The notes under the pieces are model-generated. The model was given only the letters and a program-made list of their open reading frames with translations, was not told the DNA's origin and did no database searches. DNA of 61,288 nucleotides, filler included. It is 4 parts of 4 records of this genome, joined end to end, with 100 filler letters (N's around TTAATTAATTAA, not from the genome) between each part and the next. Parts side by side here need not be neighbours in the genome. Positions count along the whole stretch, not along the records: positions 35,258 to 52,149 come from SRR31156797_11120; positions 52,250 to 61,288 come from SRR31156797_11121; 2 more parts are not named here. One strand, given 5' to 3'. Positions 48,737 to 58,100 of the stretch are shown piece after piece (the stretch's first letter is position 1; every line of letters starts with the position of its first letter). Made by a program: the position numbers and the translations under genes.

Positions 48737-49276
48737 ATGAAATTTGGATTCTTTGCAGGTTTAGTTTTAATTCTTATTGGTTTATCTATGATTTTACCTA
48801 TTGGTTTACCAATTTTTAGAATTGTGATTGCAATTGCATTCTTATTATTAGGTATCAAAATTCTTGTTGGAAATAGTTCTAATTTTACTAAACATAAAAA
48901 TGTAGGTAACTTTAGCAGGGAGTTTGGAGAAAATAACTCTATTTTCCAAAAAAGAAAAATAAAAGTAACTGAAAAACAGTCTGAGTATAATATAATTTTT
49001 GGCGGCGGAGAAATAGATCTTAGAGAAATAAGTCCAAATAACTATAAAGGAATTGACGTAAATGTAGTTTTTGGAGACGGTAAATTGGTACTAGATAAAA
49101 ACACTCCAATTAAACTTGAAATCACCTCTATTCTTTCAGGAGTTCAATTAGCAGATGGTGAAGTTTCTGTTATTGGAAGAAGAGTTATTAAAACGCCTAC
49201 ATATGACGACTCAAACGAAAGAATAAAAGTTAAAGTCAACGTTGTTTTTGGAAGTTTACGAATAGAAGAATATTAA
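48737..49276 (+). CDS. LiaF-like membrane protein (TM hairpin plus beta-rich C-domain)
   Basis: Two N-terminal TMs; IFGGGEIDLR, VNVVFGDGKLV, VNVVFGSLRI. Confidence 0.75.
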   Translation: MKFGFFAGLVLILIGLSMILPIGLPIFRIVIAIAFLLLGIKILVGNSSNFTKHKNVGNFSREFGENNSIFQKRKIKVTEKQSEYNIIFGGGEIDLREISPNNYKGIDVNVVFGDGKLVLDKNTPIKLEITSILSGVQLADGEVSVIGRRVIKTPTYDDSNERIKVKVNVVFGSLRIEEY

Positions 49277-49302
49277 CACTTTTTATATTGCGGGGGTATG
49301 AA

Positions 49303-49452
49303 ATGAGTAAAAATATTGACGGGAAAAATTTGATTGCTCTACTTTTATTCAATGACTGGTTAGTTCCACAATCATTAGAACAAAGTCAGGGTGAAAGTGA
49401 AAATTCAAAAGAAACTCCTGAAGAAAATGATAAAAAAAGTTACTTTATTTAA
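49303..49452 (+). CDS. Small 49-aa acidic hypothetical protein (not in ORF track)
   Basis: GGGGG RBS; MSKNIDGKNLIALLLFNDWLVPQSLEQSQGESENSKETPEENDKKSYFI; fills the gap in the operon. Confidence 0.55.
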   Translation: MSKNIDGKNLIALLLFNDWLVPQSLEQSQGESENSKETPEENDKKSYFI

Positions 49453-49479
49453 TAATTTAATTATTATGGGAGGCTTAAA

Positions 49480-49854
49480 ATGGAAGACGAAAAATTAAAA
49501 ATTCTTGAAATGATAAAAGAGGGCACTATCTCATCAGCTGAAGGACTAAAACTTTTGGAAGCATTGGAAGCAAAGGAAAATGCTCTATCTACTGACATGA
49601 TTCCTACAGGAAAAGCAAAGTGGCTTAGAGTTAGAGTATTTGATCCAAATGATGGAGTTAAAGCAAAAGTTAATATCCCTATTGCTATTGTAAAAATCGC
49701 ATTAAACTTAGGGGTTAAATATTCAAAAGATCTAAAGGATATTGAAGGTATCGATGCAAATGAAATCATTGAATTAATACAAAATGGTGCTGAAGGAAAA
49801 ATTGTTGATGTTGAGCAAGAGGACGGTACCAGAGTTGAAGTAACGGTAGAGTAA
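49480..49854 (+). CDS. SHOCT-like domain protein typical of DUF2089 operons
   Basis: DEKLKILEMIKEGTISSAEG, KWLRVRV, KVNIPI, GKIVDVE...RVEVTVE. Confidence 0.8.
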   Translation: MEDEKLKILEMIKEGTISSAEGLKLLEALEAKENALSTDMIPTGKAKWLRVRVFDPNDGVKAKVNIPIAIVKIALNLGVKYSKDLKDIEGIDANEIIELIQNGAEGKIVDVEQEDGTRVEVTVE

Positions 49855-49869
49855 ATCTCTACCGTTTTT
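49842..49869. terminator. Bidirectional terminator spanning two convergent stop codons
   Basis: aacggtagag-taaat-ctctaccgtt followed by T-run. Confidence 0.7.
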
Positions 49870-50623
49870 CATTAATGTATTTTTTATATATTTTATCATA
49901 CTCACCAATTTTCTTCATTCTATCTAGTGAGTTCTGCCATTTTTTCACTTCAAAATCAGAAATATCTTTACTTGCTGCAATATAGAGACTATACTCTAAA
50001 ATTCCTAACTCAGTTCTCACTAGAATATCAGCCGGCTGCTTAAGTTTATTTAGCATATAGGCTACACCAACTGGTGTTTCAGCTATTCCTAGATCTACTC
50101 TTCCAGCTATTAATTTCAAGTATATACTCTCATTATTGATTGAAACATCTAAGTTTTCAAAGCCATTTTGAATTAAATAATCATATACTAACCCTGTACT
50201 TCTTGATGATATTTTTTTAACTTTTTTGGCATCCTCTAAACTAGTTATTTGAATTGTATTTCCCCTTTTTTTGTAAAAGTAAAACTTATCTTTAGTCAAA
50301 GGACCTATCCACTTATACTTTTTCTCTCTTCGAGGAGTTCTAAACATGCTAAAAAACATTACTCGCTTTTCTGAATCTAACATTTTAGCACTTCTATTTC
50401 CTGGAAAAACTTTAACATCATCGTTTATATTCAAATCTTTCATTATATATCTTACTATTTCTACAGAAAAACCGGTTAGTTCATTATCTTCTAAATAATT
50501 ATACGGAGGCCATTCCTCAGTTACTAAACTCAAGTTATGATTACCATAATTTAATTCATAAGAAAAGAAATAAGTTAAAAAAATAAGTAGTAGGTTTATT
50601 TTTTGAAATTTCACTACAATCAC
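49859..50623 (-). CDS. Solute-binding protein, family 3 type (orphan)
   Basis: TEEWPPYNY, GFSVEIV, RTPRREKKYKWIGP, KLIAGRVDL, GEYDKIYKKY. Confidence 0.82.
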   Translation of the reverse strand: MIVVKFQKINLLLIFLTYFFSYELNYGNHNLSLVTEEWPPYNYLEDNELTGFSVEIVRYIMKDLNINDDVKVFPGNRSAKMLDSEKRVMFFSMFRTPRREKKYKWIGPLTKDKFYFYKKRGNTIQITSLEDAKKVKKISSRSTGLVYDYLIQNGFENLDVSINNESIYLKLIAGRVDLGIAETPVGVAYMLNKLKQPADILVRTELGILEYSLYIAASKDISDFEVKKWQNSLDRMKKIGEYDKIYKKYINEKR

Positions 50624-50682
50624 CTCGTATAATTCTATTATATTATAATTATACGATATTTATTTTTCTCTTTCTATTTTGT

Positions 50683-50745
50683 TTATTCCGCTGTTATTTT
50701 ATTTCTTCCGGTTTCTTTGGATTTATAAGCCTTTCTCCTGATCTT
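50683..50745 (-). pseudogene. GGDEF C-terminal remnant
   Basis: Short frame KAYKSKETGRNKITAE* matches the ALYxAKxxGRNxV tail of GGDEF domains. Confidence 0.4.
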
Positions 50746-50802
50746 CTAATTGATGACTTCAATATCGAAACCAAACTTTTCAAAGTTTCCTATCCTATTA
50801 TA

Positions 50803-51819
50803 TTATATTATTCCCAAGCCAGCGAAAATAATATAAAGCAAAAATACGCCATAACTTATTGCCATATATATTCCGCTTTTTTTATTAAGTCCTTTTTTAT
50901 TCAAGAGAACAAATGCAGTTGTAAAGAGAGAAAGAGTTAAAAAGAAAATTATTCCCAAATTTTCTCCTAAATCAACAAGAACAGGTTCTTTTACTAATAG
51001 AAGAGGTACTCCTAAACAAATACTTAGATCAAATATATTTGAACCTACAGCATTTGATAAAGCTCCGTCTATATCTCCACGTTTTGATGATTTTACTGAT
51101 AGAAGAGTGTCAGGTATAGATGTTGCTGATGCTAATACAATCAAAGATACAATAATAGTAGGAATATTCAAAACATCAGCTGTTACAATTGCAGCACTTA
51201 CAATTATTTCAACTAAAAAATAGATCCCAAACAAGCAAATCGCTGTAATCCCTAATAAAATCGGATAAGATTTATCCCCAACTTTTTCTAATTCATGCTG
51301 TCTACCTTCACTGCTGTCTTGATGTAACTTTGTTTCCAGATATAATTTAACTAGATATACTAAATATACTGATACTAATAATATCCCTGTTAAAAAAGTA
51401 TATTCTCCTTTAAAAGTAAATACTATTAATATTAAAATCGCAACCATATAAAAAAGCATGTCTCTGTAAACACTTTTTTTATCTAAATGAAGATTTAAGT
51501 TCCCCTTAAAAAACCAAAGAGAAAGCATCGGAATAACTAAAATATTAAATATTCCACTCCCGGCAACAGTACCAAATCCTATTTCATTAAATTGATGATG
51601 TACTAACACTGCTACTAATGCTGTAAATAACTCCGGCAACGAGCTCGCTACTGCATCAAACGTAGCTCCTCTCACACTATCCGGCATATTTAACTTCAAA
51701 CCAATTATATGCAAAGCATCAGATAAATTATCTGCAACAATATTTAGAGCATATGAGCCTAATATAATTACAATTATTGCGATATAAATATTATTAATCA
51801 TTCCTGTAATATGTTCCAA
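50803..51819 (-). CDS. Sodium:calcium antiporter (CaCA/YrbG family)
   Basis: AVASSLPEL...GSGIFNIL and ASATSIPD...AVGSNIFD alpha repeats. Confidence 0.9.
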   Translation of the reverse strand: MEHITGMINNIYIAIIVIILGSYALNIVADNLSDALHIIGLKLNMPDSVRGATFDAVASSLPELFTALVAVLVHHQFNEIGFGTVAGSGIFNILVIPMLSLWFFKGNLNLHLDKKSVYRDMLFYMVAILILIVFTFKGEYTFLTGILLVSVYLVYLVKLYLETKLHQDSSEGRQHELEKVGDKSYPILLGITAICLFGIYFLVEIIVSAAIVTADVLNIPTIIVSLIVLASATSIPDTLLSVKSSKRGDIDGALSNAVGSNIFDLSICLGVPLLLVKEPVLVDLGENLGIIFFLTLSLFTTAFVLLNKKGLNKKSGIYMAISYGVFLLYIIFAGLGII

Positions 51820-52088
51820 TTTTCCACCTCATAAAGTTTTCTTTCTAAATTTTGTATTTTAAAATACTTTTTGATTATATCTTAACACCAAAGCAAAGTC
51901 AAATAGAATCAAGTAATCTTAAAAATGATTAATTTATATATTAAAAATACGTGATAAACCTAAATATTTTTATTAATATTTTTTTATTACTATCTTTAAA
52001 TTCAATTTTTTTCATATTTTATCAAACATTGAAAATCAAAGGGTAAAGATTTAAATTAAAATTTTATTTACTTTTTTATAAAAAAGTA

Positions 52089-52117
52089 TTGACTTATCTA
52101 TATTCTCATGATATACT
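52089..52117 (+). promoter_or_regulatory. Strong sigma70/A promoter for the tRNA
   Basis: TTGACT-N17-TATACT with extended TG and an upstream A-tract. Confidence 0.8.
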
Positions 52118-52132
52118 TATTCTCGTGCCTGA

Positions 52133-52149
52133 GGGGGTGTAGCTCAGTT
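52133..52149 (+). tRNA. tRNA 5' fragment, possibly tRNA-Ala (cut by contig end)
   Basis: GGGGGTGTAGCTCAGTT just after a consensus promoter; isotype cannot be confirmed. Confidence 0.7.
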
Positions 52150-52249
52150 NNNNNNNNNNNNNNNNNNNNNNNNNNNNNNNNNNNNNNNNNNNNTTAATTA
52201 ATTAANNNNNNNNNNNNNNNNNNNNNNNNNNNNNNNNNNNNNNNNNNNN
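52150..52249. other. Artificial contig linker
   Basis: N-run + TTAATTAATTAA + N-run. Confidence 0.97.
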
Positions 52250-52320
52250 ATATAGAATATTTTTTAGATCTAAGTCAAATTGATTCATTTTGACTTAAAA
52301 AAATATATAAGGGGAGAGTA

Positions 52321-52947
52321 ATGGAATATATCGGGTATGCATTTTCAGGAATGAATATTTTACCATCAGTTTTATTATTAATTGTAATTTTTTACTGGCT
52401 AATGACTATTTTTGGTTTCTTTTCAATTGATGGAAATTTCCTTGACTTTGATCTGGGGATTGATTTTGACGGAGATATGGATGCAGATGTATCTGGTACT
52501 CAAGGCCAAGCATTAGGAAAAATAGTTGAATTTTTAAACTTGAATTCAATACCGTTTATGATTTATTTTACAATACTTGTTTTGGTTTGGTGGATTGCAA
52601 GTATGTTAACTTATTACTTAAATATAGCAACTATAAGTTTGATAGCAGTATTATTGTTAATAGTGAATATAATTATTGCATTTGTAGTTACGAAATTAGT
52701 TACTCAACCAATGAAAAAGTTCTTTAAATCATTCGAAAATGAAAGTGATATAGAAATTGTCGGAAAAACATGTATATTAAAAAATGATATTTCAAATGAG
52801 ATGATAGGACAAGGGGAAATATTGATAAATGGTTATCCAATAATAATAAGTGTGAAAACAGATGAAAATTTCATTTTAAAGGGAATGGAAGTATTAATTG
52901 TAGAGTTTGAACCTGAAAAAAATATTTATAATGTGATGAGTATATAA
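52321..52947 (+). CDS. YqiJ/NfeD-like membrane protein with C-terminal OB fold (flotillin partner)
   Basis: TM1, acidic D-rich linker, LNLNSIPFMI, further TMs, then IVGKTC...GQGEI...KGMEVLIVEF. Confidence 0.8.
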   Translation: MEYIGYAFSGMNILPSVLLLIVIFYWLMTIFGFFSIDGNFLDFDLGIDFDGDMDADVSGTQGQALGKIVEFLNLNSIPFMIYFTILVLVWWIASMLTYYLNIATISLIAVLLLIVNIIIAFVVTKLVTQPMKKFFKSFENESDIEIVGKTCILKNDISNEMIGQGEILINGYPIIISVKTDENFILKGMEVLIVEFEPEKNIYNVMSI

Positions 52948-53028
52948 ATTTATATATATAAAAAGCTCTAATAAAAGGCATTAAAAGCAAGACAAAATAG
53001 ATTACTAAAACGAGGAGGGAAATATTTA

Positions 53029-55146
53029 ATGGATTTCGGGATGATTGAAACGACACTTTATATTGCTGGAGGTGTTATATTTTTAGTATTTATAGGTATT
53101 CCTATATTACTTTCTTTGTTCTACAAAAAGGTAAATCAAGGAACAGCAATTGTTAGAAATGGGATAGGTGGAGCGAAAGTTTCATTTTCTGGAATATGGG
53201 CAATTCCAATTTTCCACAAATGGGAGTACATGGATGTATCAGTTAAAAGGGTAGAAATAGCAAGAGAAGGTACAGAGGGACTTATTTGTATGGATAACTT
53301 AAGAGCTGACATAAGGGTTGCTTTTTTCGTAAGAGTAAATCATACAGAGCAAGATGTACTTAGAGTAGCAAAATCATTAGGTACAAAAAAAGCTTCTGAT
53401 TCAGAAACGCTAATGACTTTCTTTGATGCTAAATTTTCAGAAGCATTAAAAACAGTAGGTAAAAAGTTTGATTTCGTACAACTATATACAGAGAGAGATA
53501 AATTCAAAGAAGGTATCTTACAAGTAATTGGTACTGACTTAAATGGATATGCACTTGATGATGCAGCTATTGACTATCTTGAGCAAACGGATTTGGAGTT
53601 TTTAAATCCTGATAACGTTCTTGATTCAGAAGGTATTAAAAAAATCACTGATTTAACTGCTATACAAGCTATTAAGTCAAATCAGATAAAAAGAGATAAA
53701 GAAAAAACTATTGTTGAGCAAGATGTAAGTACGAGAGAAACTATTCTGGAGTTAGAAAAACAACAAGCTGAAGCTGAACAAAAACAAAGAAGAGAAATTG
53801 AGAATATAACTGCTAGAGAGACTTCTCAAATAGATGTAGTAAACGAAGAAGAAAGATTAAAGGCACAAAATGCAAAAATCAGAACTGATGAAGAATTAGC
53901 TATTGCAAATGAAAATAAGGAAAGACAAGTAATTATTGCACAAAGGGCAAAAGAAGCTACATCGCAAGTAGAGAAAGAAAGAGTAGAAAAGCAGAAACTA
54001 TTAGAAGAAACTGAAAAAGAAAGATTGTATTCACTTGCACAAATTGAAAAAGATAAACAACTTGAAGCGGAAAAGAAAACAATGCAAGAAGTAGTTAGAG
54101 AAAGAGTAGTGGTAGAGAAGGCAGTCGCAGAAGAAGAGGAAAAGATAAAAGATACTCGTGAATTTGCCGAAGCAGACAGATCAAAATCAGTTAATATTAC
54201 TAATGCTGAAAGAGATGCTCAAGTACAAGTTATAAGTAAAGTAAAATTAGCAGAAGCGGATAAAACAAGTGCAGAGATACTTGCTGAGAAAGATATAGTT
54301 TTAGCTGAAACTGAACTAAAAACATCATATAAAAAAGCTGAATCAACTAAAATAATGGCAGATGCAGAAGCAGAACAAGAAGCTGTAAAAGGTCTATCTG
54401 ACGCAAGAGTAATGAAAGCTCAAGCTGAAGCTTATGAAGCTGACGGGGCATCAAAAGCGAAAGTAGTTGAACTACATGCAGTTGCTAAAGCAAAAGAGAT
54501 CGAATTAGAAGCACTGGCAATAGCAAAAGGAACACAGGAAAAAGGTAATGCAGAAGCAACTGTTATCCAAAGTACCGGACTTGCAGAAGCAAAAGTAATC
54601 AAAGAAAAATCATCAGCAGAAGCAAAAGGTATCGATGAAAAAGCCGCTGCAATGAAGAAATTTGATGCAGTTGGTAAAGAGCATGAAGAGTTTAAATTAA
54701 AACTAAATAAAGATAAAGAGATCGACCTTGCAGAAATAAATATTCAAGCTGAGATAGCAAAAGCTCAAGCTGAAATAATGAAAGAAGGATTAAGAAACGC
54801 AAATGTTGATATCGTTGGCGGAGAATCTATGTTCTTTGATAAGTTAGTAAACTCGATAACAAAAGGAAAACAAGTTGATAGAATGATAAAAGGATCTGAA
54901 GTATTAACTGACGTTAAAGAGACTTTCTTTAACGGAGACAGCGAAAATTTTAAAGTTCAATTAAAAAATATGATTGATAACTTTAACATTAATACAGATG
55001 ATATAAAAAATCTAACAGTCTCAGCTGCAATTATGCAATTGATGAAGTATTCTGATAAAACAGAAAAATCAGTTTTAGGAAGTATACTTGATAATGTTAA
55101 AAAGTTTGGATTAGAAAATGAAACTGTTGAAAAACTTTTAGACTAA
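53029..55146 (+). CDS. Flotillin/SPFH family protein (YqiK-like)
   Basis: N-terminal TM, EGLICMDNLRADIRVAFFVRV, AKFSEALKTVGK, IDYLEQT, long Ala/Glu-rich coiled coil. Confidence 0.92.
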   Translation: MDFGMIETTLYIAGGVIFLVFIGIPILLSLFYKKVNQGTAIVRNGIGGAKVSFSGIWAIPIFHKWEYMDVSVKRVEIAREGTEGLICMDNLRADIRVAFFVRVNHTEQDVLRVAKSLGTKKASDSETLMTFFDAKFSEALKTVGKKFDFVQLYTERDKFKEGILQVIGTDLNGYALDDAAIDYLEQTDLEFLNPDNVLDSEGIKKITDLTAIQAIKSNQIKRDKEKTIVEQDVSTRETILELEKQQAEAEQKQRREIENITARETSQIDVVNEEERLKAQNAKIRTDEELAIANENKERQVIIAQRAKEATSQVEKERVEKQKLLEETEKERLYSLAQIEKDKQLEAEKKTMQEVVRERVVVEKAVAEEEEKIKDTREFAEADRSKSVNITNAERDAQVQVISKVKLAEADKTSAEILAEKDIVLAETELKTSYKKAESTKIMADAEAEQEAVKGLSDARVMKAQAEAYEADGASKAKVVELHAVAKAKEIELEALAIAKGTQEKGNAEATVIQSTGLAEAKVIKEKSSAEAKGIDEKAAAMKKFDAVGKEHEEFKLKLNKDKEIDLAEINIQAEIAKAQAEIMKEGLRNANVDIVGGESMFFDKLVNSITKGKQVDRMIKGSEVLTDVKETFFNGDSENFKVQLKNMIDNFNINTDDIKNLTVSAAIMQLMKYSDKTEKSVLGSILDNVKKFGLENETVEKLLD

Positions 55147-55157
55147 GGTGGTAGCAG

Positions 55158-58100
55158 ATGACAACTGATGTGAGTGAAGATAAAAAAGAAGATAAAATAG
55201 AGAAGAAAAGCGAAAGCTTTTCTTCTTATAATGTAATAAGAAATAGACTTCTGGATAAATCAAAAGAACTGAAAGAAAAACTAGATAAAATAGACCAAGA
55301 AAGAGTTGGCATATTTGGCGAAAGCAAAAATACTCTATTAAAAAGTGAAGCTTTGATTACTGAAAACAGTTGTATTCCAAGGGATATTGTGCAAGTTGGA
55401 AACAAAGTAATACTTGGCTATAATGTTCATATTGGACTAAAAACCCAAACGAAGTTAAGTGATATTTTTGCCATATATGAATATGCTGATGATACATTTA
55501 AACTTTGTGATTATTTAGATATCGAAGATAGTAAATTTGTAGCAGAGTTTAAAGACTTATTTAAATATTATAAAAAGAGTTTTTTCTCAAAATTCCATGA
55601 AAAAGATGGATTTATTTATATGGTTTTTCAGAATGGATCTGACGTTCAGGATATTAAAACTTTTAAATGGTTAGTAAAAGATAATAAAATTGAATATGTT
55701 GGAAATAGATTTTCTCATGAAGTAGTCTATCCGAGCCAACATGAGCTTGAATGGATAAGGGCTACAAGAGAAGACCAAGTAAATGGATTACATCCTCATG
55801 TTTCGATAAAAGATAAGTTATTCGTTGAGTCTATAGGTGGAGATGTTACATTTAAAATTGAGAATAATACAAACTCAGGTAAAGGTATATATTCTGAAGA
55901 AGTTGAGGATAAGGATCAGACACTTGATGATGGAGAAATACTTTACGCTTTTGTAGGGAATATTATACTATTAAAGATTAGACCGTACAAAGAAAATGAC
56001 TATAGATATTTTGCATTTAATGAAAAAACAAAAGAAGTAAAAAAAGTTGATTCTATTGGAAAGGCAGTAGTTATTTTACCTGAAAATCATGGAATTATAT
56101 TTCCTGATGGAATATTTTTACAATCAGGTGGCTTTCAAGTATTTGAAATTGATTATGAAAATATTGTATTCCAGAATAGAAAATCATCTTCAAACGGAGA
56201 GGATTTTCAGTATATTTTCTATAATGAAGTAAGTGGAGAGTACTATATTCACAACTATAATATAATCAGACAAAATGTAGATACTCCACTATTATGCAAC
56301 GGATATTCTCATTTTGATAATGGTGAAATGTTAGTTTTCCAAGCCGACAATGAACCCAAAAGAAATCATACTATGCAGATTTGGCAGACGTCTTTTGGAA
56401 GTGATGATTATATAGATGATAATATAAACAAGGATTCTTTTTACTACAAAATTGGAAATAAAGAGATAGTAAGATTAATGTCTGACTGTTACTCCCTGTA
56501 TAATCTAATTAAAAAAGAGGATAATTATTTTGGACTATACGTTGATATAGTTAGAGATTCGGAAAAAATCGCAAATAATTATTTTTGGGTAGATAAAGAA
56601 GAGGTTTTTAAACTAAAAGAAACTTTAAAAGGAATAAAAGAAGCTGGATCAATTGCAATAAAAGAGTTTGATAAAGTTAATAAAATAAAGGAAAACTCAG
56701 CAAAACAATTTGAAGAAGTAAAGAGTAAAGTTGAAAAACTCCTTAAAGATATAGGATATGCTACATTTGAAAATATTAATGATTTTGTAAAATATCTTAC
56801 TAAAATTAGAAAAGTAAGAGGAGAAATTGCCGGATTAAAAGAGTTACAGTTCATTGACTTAGAAACAGTTGAAAAACTCAATAATAATCTAAAAGAAAAG
56901 AATAATAAATTATCTGAAGATTGTGTAACTTTCCTTCTTAATGACGAAGCATTATTACCATATATTGAACAAGTAGAAGAGATAGAAAAGAAACTACCGA
57001 CTATTCAAAAAGTAGTAGATGGAAATGATCTCAATGATAAAATTATAGAAGTATCAGAAGAATTGGAATTACTTATAAATATTGTTAGTAATCTAAAAAT
57101 AGAAGATGCTACTAAAACAGCTGAAATAATTGATAAAATATCAGTATTATTTGCTAAGTTAAATCAGAATAAATCGAAACTCTCAAATATTATTAAAAAT
57201 CTTGATTCAAAAGAGAGAAAAGCTGAATTTTATTCAAAAATGAACCTGATTACACATTCTGTTTCAAACTATCTAGATCTATCAGCTGAAATAGATAAAG
57301 TAGAAAGTTACATGTCAAAAATCATAGTTCAAATTGATGAACTTGAGAGTAAGTTTTCTGATTATGATGAGTTTATTCCATTATTAACTGAAAAAAGAGA
57401 AGAAGTTCTTTCAACTTTTGAGACTAAAAAACAACAGTTAATGGAAAAAAGAAGTAAAAAAATTGATTCATTAGGAAGTGCAGCAGATAGAATATTTAAG
57501 GGTATCGAAAACAGAATAAAGAGTTTAGAAGATACTAATCAGATAAATGAACTGTTTTCCACAGATTTAATGATTGATAAGCTGAGAGATATTATTGATC
57601 GATTGATTAATCTGGGTGATAGTACAAAAGCTGATGATATTGAAAACAGATTAAAAAGTTTAAAAGAAAACAGTATTAGACAGCTAAAAGATAAAAAAGA
57701 GTTATTCATTGATGGGAATACAATTAAACTCGGAAATCATCAATTTTTAGTAAATAATCAAAAAGCTGAAATAAGTTTTTTACAAAGAGAAAAAGGATTT
57801 TTCTTTCATATTTCCGGGACAGAGTTTTGGGAAAAAGTTCCAAATGATGATTTATTGGAATATGAAGAGGTTTGGAATCAAGAAGTTGTTTCTGAAAATT
57901 CAGACGTGTATAGAGGAGAGTTTTTAACTTACAATATATTAAAAGAGTATAAAAATAATAATAAGCTAAAAGAACTATATGATATTTCTGATGAAAACAT
58001 TAAAAAAATCGTAAAAGAGTATGTGGAAAATCATTCAAGTGAATATTACACTAAAGGTGTCCACGATTTTGATGGAGCTAAGATATTAAAATCGATAGTT

